Part shown: piece by piece, positions 1 through 11,300 of the stretch
Position numbering within the stretch: the stretch's first letter is position 1
How the letters are laid out: every line of letters starts with the position of its first letter
NCBI GenBank assembly: GCA_964016885.1
Contig: OZ024741.1
Coordinates: 118,172,001 to 118,236,000, forward strand
Source of the DNA: Eledone cirrhosa
Lineage: Eukaryota
Length of the DNA: 64,000 nt
Reading direction: 5' to 3'
Program-made: the position numbers and the translations under genes
Notes under the pieces: model-generated
Told to the model about the DNA's origin: nothing
The model's input: the letters and a program-made list of their open reading frames with translations, nothing else
Database searches by the model: none

Positions 1-2460
1 TGACACCTACACGATCTCATTTGTTTCGGCCTGGATGGCGCGGCACCAACATAACTTTACATAGAACGGGGTGGTGTGGATGGGGTGGGGTGGTGGCGGG
101 ACGGGGTGTATTTTGTTAGAGATGCCTACTGGCAAGGCGGGTCTTCTCTGTTACTGAGTACCGCCAAAGGTCTCGGTCCAGTGACATTGTCTTGGAGAGG
201 TGTAAGTGTGTGAGGTCGGAGTTTATCAGCTCGTCCCAGGTTTTTCTAGGTCTGCCTATTCCGTGGCTACCGTCTATCTTTATTGCCCTGCACTTTGTTA
301 TACAGCTATCGACTTTCATGCGCATCACGTGTCCATACCAACGTAGCCTTCTCTCGAGTAAACAACATCTGATCCCTCTTATCTCTAATTTTTTCCTTAG
401 TTCGTTTATGCTTTGCCGTTCACGTATATTACTGTTACACATCCAGCGGAGCATGCAAGCTTCGTTCCTCTCTAGTCTGCGTATATCCTCTGCACACAAT
501 GCCCAGGTCTCACTGCCATGCAACATTGCTGTTCGTATGCAGGCATCGTACAACCTGCCTTTCATTTTTAGGGAGAACCCTTTAGCAGCTAATAGTGGTA
601 TAAGCTCTCTGAACTTTTTCCAACCAGTTCTGACTCTAGCTACAGTACTTTCAGAGCACCCTCCCCCACTGCTGATTTTATCACCCAGGTAACGGAAGCT
701 GTCCACTATTTCTATAGAACCCTCTGCGCAATTGAAAGAGCTAGTATTTTGTGGGCACTTGCTGCTACTTATTGCACCAGAACACCGGCCACATGTAAAA
801 TCTATGTTCTTAGTTAGCTTACCTGTGATCCCACTACATCTTTTATGCACCCATACTTTGCATTTAGGACATAAAATGGAGTTTCTACCTACGCCTTTCC
901 TACACACCGAGCACGACCATTTCCCAGAAGGGACCGCCGCCTTGTTTTCTTTCCTACAAACTAGAACTTTGGTCTTAGCCAGGTTAATTTTAAGTCCTTT
1001 TGACTCTAGGCCGTGCTTCAATGTTTGGAATTTCTTCTCTAGCTCGGCCATTGATTCCGCTATGAGTGTCAGGTCGTCTGCGTATAGGAGTTCCCATGGG
1101 CAGCCTGTCTTGAACTCCTCTGTTATAGCCTGAAGGGCAATAATAAATAGTAGGGGGCTGAGAACAGAGCCCTGATGGACGCCAACTTTTACGCTAAACT
1201 CTTCACTATATTCGTTGTTAATTCTAACCTTGCTGACTGTTTCTTTATACATGGCTTGTATAGCCCTCACAAGCCATTCGTCAATGCCTAGTTTTCTAAG
1301 AGCCCACCAGATAATGGAGCGGGGGACTCTGTCGAAGGCTTTCTCCAGGTCGACAAAAGCTAAGTAGAGGGGTTTACCTTTAGCTAGGTACTTCTCCTGT
1401 AGTTGTCGTACTATGAAAAGAGCGTCTGTGGTGCTTTTGCCTGACACAAACCCGAACTGCATTTCATCTAGGTCAATTCTCTCTCTGATTAGTTGCGCTA
1501 TTACTTTTTCCGTGACCTTCATGACCTGGTCGATTAATTTAATGCCTCTATAGTTACTCCTATCTAGGGCGTCTCCTTTACCCTTATAACAGTTAACGAT
1601 GATGCTGCTATGCCAGTCCTTCGGAACAACCCCATTCTGTACGACTTGGTTAACTATGTGGGTGACCATGGTGTGTCCCACCGTGCAAGATGCCTTCAGC
1701 ATCTCAGCAACTATTTCCGAAGGCCCAGCCGCCTTACCCGTCTTCATATCCTTGATTGCCTTACTTATTATACTCCCCTCGACTAACACTGCTGGTCCCT
1801 CTATTGGGTCGATATGGGGGAGACTGTCTTTCTCCCATTTATTCTCCTCATTTAGTAGCCTTTCATAGTGACACTTCCAAGCTACCTTCTTATCAGTGTC
1901 GGTGATGGCAAGTATGCCATCATCGTTAAGTACACACTTCTCCCCGACAATATCACGGTTTTCCTTGACGCATTGCCTAGCAATCCTGAACACCTCACGT
2001 TTTTGGTCATCGCGTTGTAGAACATGCTTGAACTTTCTTTCCTCAGCTTCCCTTCTTGCTAAGTACACTTCTCTCCTAGCTTCCCTCCTGGCCACTTGAT
2101 AGTCTACTCTACTTCCCCCATCCCGCCATACTTTCCAAGCCTGCTTTTTGGCCTTAATTGACCCCTCCACCTTACTGTTCCACCACCATGTTACTCTCCT
2201 CCTGCCTACAGGCCTGCTCCAGCCACAGACTTCGTCTGTCGCCAACAGCAGGTTTGCTTTCAGAAATTCCCACTGTCCCTCTATATTGTCCGACTCTAGA
2301 TGCTCTTCCTTACTGTCGAAAGCATCAAGTAATATGCTTTGAAATTTATTTCTGGCTGTGGGGTCCTTTAGCTTCCATATTTTCCTCCTGAGGATAGTCC
2401 TCTTCTGCTGTCGAGTACGTCTCGTCCTGACTATGAGGTCGCTAATTATCAGTCTATGTT
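1..2460 (-). mobile_element. RTE-clade LINE (family A), 5'-truncated, uninterrupted 709-aa RT reading frame at 116-2245; 3' UTR runs off the window
   Basis: RT motifs FVDLEKAFD, GVHQGSVLSP, LLYADD, FRYLG and the RTE C-terminal RRLRWYGHV-R...GRPRKTW. The APE domain is almost entirely missing. Confidence 0.95.
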
Positions 2461-2962
2461 ATATATATCTATATATATAAAACAAAGAAGGTGTGGTAAG
2501 ATACCAGGTGGGCCATAACGTACCAGAGTTACTTAGGGTAGTAGAGTGGGTAATAGGAAAGAGTCACGACCCCAATGCCTGAGCTCTGGCCGTTTCGGAT
2601 CTAGTTGTCGAAACTCAGCCGTCGGAGTCATGACTCTTTTCCTATAGATATAGATATGTGAGTCCCGGGTTCAATCGGGAGTTATCACAGTAAGGTACTT
2701 GATACATTAATAGAGTGTAAACATCATGTTTAATATAGAAATGGCTTCTGCAGCAGTAGAACTGTTTCAAAGCCCCAGGGCTTTCCTGGTCATTTCTTTT
2801 GAATTAAACAGTTCTAGTCCTGTCGAAACCATTTCTATGTTAAACATGATATATATGTATATATATATGTATATTATAAAGTATGCAAAAGGTAAACAGA
2901 AATAACAAAGCAGTATATTGAAGAAGTATATTAGTTTAACTCTTGATATAGTACGAAAAGAG

Positions 2963-2998
2963 TCTTAACATTTTGGACATTAGTCCTTCATCAGAAGA
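2963..2998 (-). pseudogene. Degenerate copy of the hammerhead motif
   Basis: UCUU-CUGAUGA-A-GGAC-uaau-GUCC-AAAAUGUU-AAGA. GAAAC has mutated to AAAAU, consistent with CpG decay. Flanks are homologous to 4590-4740. Confidence 0.55.
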
Positions 2999-4682
2999 TA
3001 AAATGAGAAATGAAAAATGAAAGAGAAAGAATGAGAGTGAGAAAAGGAAGGAAGGGAAAAATATATAAATATTTGAGAAAAATCTTGTGTTTATTCTGCC
3101 TGTCATTTTGGAGAAATATGTAATTTAAGAAACATTGGAGAAATTTGAAATATGCACATCCCAGTGCATATGGTTGCTATATCTAGCAAGTTGAATGACA
3201 ATACAGTGTTTCTTCTCTTCTTGACTTGTTTCAACAGCTGTTTCTACTGAAATGTTCCTTGTACTGAATATGATGATATTAACAGTTGACTCTATAAGTT
3301 ATCAGTCTGTTTATGCAGCAACTCTTGTGTTTTCACAGATGTTACATTGTCTTTGTGAATTATGTATTAAAATTGTATTATTTTTTAATGGAAATTAAAT
3401 TTTGGGGCCCCACAATAAAATTCACCCAGTAAATTCTGTAAAGTGGTTGGCATTAGGAAGAGCATTCAGCTGTAAAAACCATACCAAAATATGGCACATA
3501 AGAGCAAGACATAGCTATTTAACTGTCTTGTCTTTGGTATCAACCCCCACTTATTCCACTCCTGGTTCTACATTACAAAACTGTTTATTTCAGAGTTTAT
3601 ATTCATATAAAATCCTTCCATCATAATTTTATGTAAGAACCTTTGTTATGTTCCAAACACCAACTTATTAACGAGAATATTAGTTATATTACTAAATCCC
3701 TCCAAATTTTTGATTATTTTCAAAATTATTTGAAAATCATAGTCAGTGTCTTTCAGTACACATATGGTAACAAAAGGGTTAAGTCTATCCACCCAAGTAG
3801 TAGACTATGGTAGGATTTGAACTTAGAATGTAAAGAGCTGAAACAAGTAGTGTAAGGCATCCTATCTAGGGCCCTAACAACACTGCTAATCCATTGCCAT
3901 AGACTGGTACTTTCTTTATCAACCTTGAAAGAATGGAAGATAAAGTTGATCATGGCAGGATTTGATTGAACTCAGAATGTAAAGAACAGGAATAAATACA
4001 ACAAAACATTTTGTCTGATGCTCTAACGTTTTTCTCAAATTGTTGCCTATAGATTTATTTCATTTGCAGTTAACCACAGCTTGTTAATGTAATGGGGGGC
4101 TTAAATAAGGAAATGATATTTGCCCAATAGGTAACAACAACCTGTTAAGCTTGTTGACAGTTTTATAGTTAATGGGGGAAAAAATCCAAGTCAGATAAGA
4201 TGAAGTCAAGATCATGTAAATTCTTCAGTAATTATAATGTAAATGAAAGAAACAACTACTTGAGACTGTGTTAATTGCAAACGTTTTCTCAAGCTCAAGT
4301 GTTTTTCATTGTTAAAACAGGGCAGATATTTGAATAAGCTAATTTAGCTTCCAAGTCAACATTTGTTTAGAAAGCCAAATGTAATATGACACTATATAAG
4401 TGAAGTTTTCATTAAGATAATCTATAAATAGGAAGTACTATATAGGACCTTCCTAATGCCAACCATGTTACAGTGTGGGCTGGGTGCTTTTTATCATGAC
4501 ACTGAAATGACTGCCTAACAGGGTTGACTGGGGGCTTTTTGTCTTGTCACCAGCTTGACCACTTTATAGGGTGAACTTGGAGTATATATATGCATGTAAA
4601 AGGTAAACAGAAATAACAACACAGTCGGTACAGTATATGGAAGGGATATATTAGGTTAATGCTTGATATAGCAGGAAGAGGG

Positions 4683-4718
4683 TCTTAACGTTTCGGATGC
4701 TAGTCCTTCATCAGAAGA
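4683..4718 (-). ncRNA. Minimal type I hammerhead ribozyme motif (Penelope-like-element type)
   Basis: The - strand reads UCUU-CUGAUGA-A-GGA-cuagca-UCC-GAAA-CGUU-AAGA: stem I UCUU/AAGA, stem II GGA/UCC, palindromic ACGU stem III, GUU triplet. Confidence 0.65.
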
Positions 4719-5379
4719 AAGAATGAGAAATAAGATAGATTGAGGGAACGGGCTTGTTGGAATTGGAAAAAATGTCTTTAGATAAAAATAACAGGTATAT
4801 TCATGTTGACATCTCTTGCAAATAATTGTTTCTGCTTTTGGCACAAGGCCAGCAATTAACCAGTGTATTACTGGTACTTTATCGACCCCATAAGGATGAA
4901 AGGCAAAGTTAACCTGGGCGGGATTTGAACTCAGAATGGCAAGGGTCGTAACTCTATGCATCAAAGCATGGAGTCCGACCCTCTACCGATACTGTCAATC
5001 AAAATAATGGCCACCAAGAAGAAAACCTTTTTTTTCTCCGAAGGTCCGCCAACAGATCCTATGATAATGGATGGTTAATCCGAAAGATTTTGGTAATAAT
5101 AAATTGCTAAGGTAACTTTCAATCATTCATCTTTCTTTTATTTTGCTTTCTCTCTCAATTCCCCTCTGATTATTATGTTGGCAATCTAACCCACTTGCAT
5201 TACACGGCTTTCTACACAAACAAACAGACTTTTCAGTTTCATACTCTATAATGCTTCAAGCAAACTATCACACCATATATATATATCGACGACTGTATCA
5301 GCGCCACCTCTCTATCACGAGAACAGCTCAACTGTTTTCTTTCTTTTGTCCTATCTTTCCATCCCACTCTCAATTTCAC

Positions 5380-5660
5380 CAATCTTTACAATGGTGAAAA
5401 AACAGAAGCTTGCCTGGTATGGTCACATATCCTGCTATGACTCCCTAACTAAAACCATTACAGTCAAGGGAGAGCAAAGAAAAGACAAACAAAGAAAATC
5501 CTGGTTTGACAACATCAAAGATTGGACAGGTCACAACACCGAGACCCTTCTACACATGATGGAGACAGAGACCAGTGTCAATGACTGACTACAAAAGCAT
5601 CTAGAGTGGCACCCCAATGACTGGCTTCACCAGTTATGGGAACTTTAATTGATTGATTGA
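5380..5660 (+). mobile_element. RTE/BovB-like LINE 3' fragment (third family)
   Basis: VKKQKLAWYGHI...LTKTI...QRKSWFDNIKDWTG followed by a (GATT)n tail. Confidence 0.7.
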
Positions 5661-5878
5661 TTAACCCTTTACCATTCACATTACTTTAATTTACCATTAT
5701 ATTTTCACAGTAAAGGCTTTATCTTATATAACTATCTCACATAATATCAAATCTATGAGATTTTGATATTATTTATTTTGAGAACATTACCTTAACATAA
5801 GTATGAGTGGCCAGCTTGAACAGAAAGAGGTGAGAGAATTCTGGCCAGATACAGCTGGTTTAAATGCTAAAGGGTTAA
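5661..5878. mobile_element. piggyBac-like MITE family 1 (about 220 bp)
   Basis: TTAA-CCCTTT...AAAGGG-TTAA. The interior is shared with four other copies in the window. Confidence 0.8.
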
Positions 5879-6125
5879 GGAATCAGGGGTGGTTTCTGCC
5901 AGTTTGGTATCAAAATGGTTAATCAGGTGTAAAGTGGAGTTTGTTAAAGTTAACTTTTACAGAACCAATCTTTCAAAAACTGATGAATTGTATGTGTGAA
6001 ATATAGGGTATACTAACATGTAACTGAAATACCCCATTCTTCCATTTCAAATACAAACTCCTTCCTCCTTTAATTACAATTACCCTATAACTTTCAGGAA
6101 TTCACTCAACTTGTTAATGAAGATT

Positions 6126-7745
6126 TGGTGGTGGTGACTGCAGTGTTGTTGTTGTTGGTAGCAGTGGTAGTGGTGGTACTTACGATGATGGTGGCTGGCA
6201 GTAGTGGTGGAGTTGGTGACTGCAGTGTTGTTGTTGTTGGTAGCAGTGGTAGTGGTGGTACTTACGGTGATGGTGGCTGGCAGTAGTGGTGGAGTTGGTG
6301 ACTGCAGTGTTGTTGTTACTGCTGTTGTTGTTGTTGTGGTGGTGGTGGTGGTGGGGACTGTTGTGATAGCAGTGGTGGTGTTAGTGGCTGCAATGTTGTT
6401 GATTGTAGTGGTAGTGGTAGCAGTGATGGTGGTGACACAAACTATTTTCTTTTCTTCTTGTTCTGTTGGCTGATGTTGACATTTTACATAACTGCATCAA
6501 CACTGATGTAAATTACTTTTACTTATAAAAGTCCATATCAATTATCACCCCAGGTCTGTTGCTAAGTCTAACATACATATGTACTAGCACTGCACACTAG
6601 AAGGCAGCTGCATGATGTGAATTATACTACAACACCAGCACCATTGCAACACCATCATCACAACATCACAACCAACACAACACCAACATCACCACAACAC
6701 CACCACCACAACACCAACACCACCACAACACCAACATCATCACAACACCAACACCACCACAACACCAACATCACCACAACACCAACATCACCACAACACC
6801 ACCACCACAACACCAACACCACCACAACACCAACACCACCACAACACCAACACCACCACAACACCAACACCATCACAACACCAACACCATCACAACACCA
6901 ACACCATCACAACACCAACACCACCACAACACCAGCACCACCACAACACCAACAACACCAGCACCACCACAACACCAACAACACCAGCACCACCACAACA
7001 CCAACATCACCAACATCACCACAACACCAACATCACCACAACACCAACATCACCACAACACTAACACCATACCAACACCACCACAATACCACCACCACCA
7101 CAACACCAACACAACACCAACACAACACCAACACCACCACAACACCAACACCACCATAACACCAACACCACCACACCACCACAACACCAACATCACCACA
7201 ACACCAATATCATCACAACACCAACACCACCACAACACCAGCACCACCACAACACCAACAACACCAGCACCACCACAACACCAACATCACCACAACACCA
7301 ACATCACCACAACACTAACACCATACCAACACCACCACAACACCAACACCACCACAACACCAACACCACCACAACACCAACATCACCACAACACCAACAT
7401 CACCACAACACCAACATCATCACAACACCAACACCATCACAACACCAGCACCACCACAACACTACCACAACACCAACACAACACCACCACAACACCAACA
7501 CCACCACAACACTAACATCACCACAACACCATACCAACATCACCACAACACCATACCAACACCAGCACCACCATAACACCAACACCAGCACCACCACAAC
7601 ACCAACACCAGCACCACCACAACACCAACATCACCACAACGCCAACACCACCATTACCACAACACCAACACCAACACAACACCAACAACACTACCATCAC
7701 CACTACCAACACCAACTTTTGCCTCAGCCACAAACACCACCCTAT
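6126..7745. repeat. Trinucleotide-derived low-complexity tracts: (GTG/GTT)-rich 6126-6435, then (CAC/CAA)-rich 6620-7745
   Basis: Directly visible. Explains the poly-V and poly-T/H ORFs. Confidence 0.95.
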
Positions 7746-8143
7746 CCCCATAGAATTCCAACTACTAGATTTTTTTTTATTTTATTTTCCTGTCTCTGAT
7801 AAATGCTTCTGTCAACTTTTAGTTGAATTAGCTACCACCACCAGGGGACCTTTTTTTAGTGGGAGACATGTAATAATACTGTAAGTGTAAAAGAGGTGGT
7901 GGATGTGGGGAAGGAGGTAGATATCTACACAATGACAAGTTTGTGTGTTGACATGAACCAATGAACCAATTTGATGCCTTGCTAACTGGAAATTGCTGGA
8001 GAAATTCCTCTGGCTAGTTTAGATCTGTCACAAGTCAGGTCTTTTTTTGTTTGTTTTTTAAAACATGTTTTCAAAGTCTTTTATATTACTGTATCTACTC
8101 ACATTTAGAAGTGGACAAGATCTTAAAACTGGCCCATGCCTCC

Positions 8144-8494
8144 AGGTAACATTGACTAACAGACTGTTGAAGGTCAGATGTGTGCTTTCACTGGTCAGCT
8201 AAGGTGACACTGACTAACAGACTGTTGAAGGTCAGATGTGTGCTTTCACTGGTCAGCTAAGGTGACACTGACTAACAGACTGCTGAAGGCCAGATGTATG
8301 TTTTCACTGGTCAGCTAAGGTGACACTGACTAACAGACTGCTGAAGGCCAGATGTATGTTTTCACTGCTCAGCTAAGGTGACACTGACAAACAGACTGTT
8401 GAGGGTTAGATGTGTGTTTTCACTGCTCAGCTAAGGTGACACTAACTAACAGACTGCTGACGGCCAGAGGTATGATTTCATTGCTCAACTAAGG
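8144..8494. repeat. 58-bp minisatellite, 6 copies
   Basis: Unit aggtgacactgactaacagactgttgaaggtcagatgtgtgctttcactggtcagcta, contiguous with no spacers. Confidence 0.95.
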
Positions 8495-8787
8495 CACTTT
8501 CCATTTTCATTTTAAACTTTGTGCAGTAGCTATTGACTTCAGTTATTCATAACATTTTTACAACTGTTTTTATTTTTACCCTGTCCAGTAGCCCAGCAGG
8601 CATTGCCCAAATATCCACATGGCCAGTCCATGGGCACATGCCAAGGAAGGTGGTAGCCCAAATACCCATGTGGCCAGTCCATGTGTATGTTACCAAAGAA
8701 GGTGACAAGCCAGCCACTCCAACTCTGCTCATACTCAATTACAAGTGTATAAGTTGCATCAGTAGACAAGTTGCTCTGCTTGTCTAT

Positions 8788-8927
8788 TTTACATATAGCA
8801 TTTGAATATATGTACCATATAGTTTACATATAGCATTTAAATACATGTACCATATAGTTTACATTTAGCTCTTAAATACAGTTACCATATAGTTTACATA
8901 TAGCTCTTAAATATATGTACCCTATAT
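8788..8927. repeat. 35-bp minisatellite, 4 copies
   Basis: Unit tttacatatagcatttaaatatatgtaccatatag. Confidence 0.9.
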
Positions 8928-9029
8928 TTTGATTTGGGGCTTTTAAGTTCAGTGGATATGTTACATACTGGTTTTTCAATTCATATTTTGTACAAAAAGT
9001 GTGACTTATAAATGAATATAAACGGTATT

Positions 9030-9933
9030 AGACAGCTTCTGCTACCTAGGTGACCGAATTAGCAACGGAGGTGGGTGCTCAGAAAGTACAATAACTAGGG
9101 TAAGAACGGGATGGAAGAAGTTTAGGGAACTACTACCACTGCTAACTGCAAAAGGCTTCTCCCTCAGAATGAAAGGCAGACTGTATGATGCGTGTATCCG
9201 AACAGCAATGTTGCATGGTAGTGAGACCTGGGCGCTGAAGGTGGAAGGCTTACGTAGATTAGAGAGAAACGAAGCCTGCATGCTCCGATGGATGTGTAAC
9301 AGTAATATACGTGAACGACAAAGCATAAAGGAATTGAGAGAGAGACTGAGCATAAGAGGAATCAAATGCTGCGTGCAGGAGAGGCGGTTACGCTGGTATG
9401 GACATGTGATGCGTATGAAGGATGACAGCTGCATTGACAGCTGCATAAAAAGGTGCAGAGCACTAGAAGTTGATGGAAACCGCGGAGTGGGGAGACCCAA
9501 GATGACTTGGGATGAGGTGATAAAAGCCGACCTTACCCAACTACACCTCTCAAAGTCAATGACACACGACCGTGACTTCTGGCATTACGCAGTAATACAG
9601 GGTACCCGACCTCCCATGGGTACATGCTGAAGCATATAAACAATATGCCCCCACTCCCCCCACCGCAAGGTGGTCGTGGAGGTGCCACGGCAAAAAAAGC
9701 ACCCAGCCCATACTGTAAAGTGGACGTGTAGGCGCCACGAAAAAGCACCCAGCACTCACTGTAAATGACGTTGGTGTTAGGAAGGGCATCCAGCTGTAGA
9801 AATCAAGCCAGATCAGTTCCTGTATGAGCAAGGCATGGTCAGCCGACCAGACACTGCCCACAACAGGACAACCCGTCTAACCCATGCTAGCGTGGAAGAA
9901 CGGACGTAAAACGGTGATGATGATGATGATGAT
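9030..9933 (+). mobile_element. RTE LINE family A, 3' fragment with 3' UTR and (GAT)n tail
   Basis: ORF 9169-9630 is homologous to the C-terminus of the 116-2245 ORF. Ends cggacgtaaaacggtgatgatgatg. Confidence 0.92.
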
Positions 9934-10084
9934 CATCATCACCATATGTCCATTTTCCATACTGGCATTGGTTGGTTGGGTTGTCATGATTCAAGACAAA
10001 ATGAGTCAGAAAAGCTTATCTTTTACATATGTTTCATTGTGAAAATGGTTTCTTTAGCAGGATGCCCTTGCTAACACCAACTAA

Positions 10085-11300
10085 TTTACAGAGTGTACTA
10101 AGTGCATTGTATCATGGCACCAGTACTGTCATTTTACAGTGTGTACTGGGTGCATTGTATGGCACCAGTACTGTCATTTTACAGTGTGTACTGGGCACAA
10201 TTTATCACGGTACCAGCACTGCCATATTAGTGTGTGTACTGGGTGCATTTTATGGCACCAGTACTGCCATTTTACAGTGAGTACCAGGTGCATTTTATCA
10301 TGGTACCAGCACTAAAGAGTTTTGTCATGTAAAATCCTCTCTAGAGAGGTTTGTCATATGAAGTCATCTCTACACTATATTATCTCTATTTGGGTGCCAG
10401 CTACTTTACCGATTGTACTATTTACAACTTTTTTAGAGACAAACATGGAAAATAATGATGATGATAAACACTTTAGGGCAAATATTCTACAACCAGGGCT
10501 GGTTTCAAGCAGTTTAGTTTTAAAAGAAAAAGAGTTAAAAATAGGAAAAAAATAAGAAAAGACAGAAAAATGCCTTGCTATATTACTTAAGAAATAGTAT
10601 ATATAAAAAATTGTAATAAAAAAAAAAAATAATAGTCTATTTAACTACTACCACCAGGATGCAGTATGTTAAGGCTTTCAAGAAATAATGCAATGTGTTG
10701 AAGAAATACTAACCTTGACATAGATTCAGGATTGAATAACCAACAGTTTTAAAAAAACTGTTATTGGAATAAATAAACGATAGCAACATCAGCAATAACA
10801 ACAACACATTATTGTGATTTATAGTAATTCTGTAATGTGTGATGACTCATCTGATATTCTATGCCGAAAGGATTTTAACTTTGGGATTTTTAAAAAAAAT
10901 GTCTTTTGTGTCAAAAAATATATGGATGCTTCAAATTTCCATGCTTCTGAACAGCTCTCAGATATTGCATTTTAAGAAGCTTGTGTACAAAGATCAATTA
11001 CAAAGTGGTAATGCTGGTGCTACAACAAAATACACCCAGTACTCTCTGTAATGTAATTCTACTGGTGCCACAATAAGATGCATCATGTACCCTCTGTAAA
11101 GTAGTTCTTTCTGGTGCCACAATAAAATGCACCTAGTACTTTCTGTAATGTGGTTGTGTTAGTGCCACAATAAAATTCACCCAGTACCCTCTGTAAAGTA
11201 GTTCTTTCTGGTGCCACAATAAAATGCACCCAGTACCTTCTGTAATGTGGCAGTGCAGGTACTGCAATAAAATGCACCCAGAACTTCCTGTAATGTGTTA
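10085..11300. repeat. Two oppositely oriented 45-49-bp minisatellites (10085-10312 and 11015-11300) related to the RTE 3' UTR repeat
   Basis: Units ttacagtgtgtactgggtgcattttatcatggcaccagtactgccatt and gtgccacaataaaatgcacccagtaccctctgtaa. Confidence 0.8.

Noticed and set aside
192-2391. Plus-strand ORFs overlapping the RTE
   Set aside because: Antisense shadows of the RT frame that recur in every RTE copy.
6204-7751. His/Thr/Gln-rich and poly-Val ORFs resembling mucin or membrane proteins
   Set aside because: Trinucleotide low-complexity tracts with no splice or homology support.
8144-8494. Regular 58-bp repeats resembling a CRISPR array
   Set aside because: Units are contiguous and similar along their whole length, with no unique spacers. 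No cas genes, eukaryotic context. It is a minisatellite.
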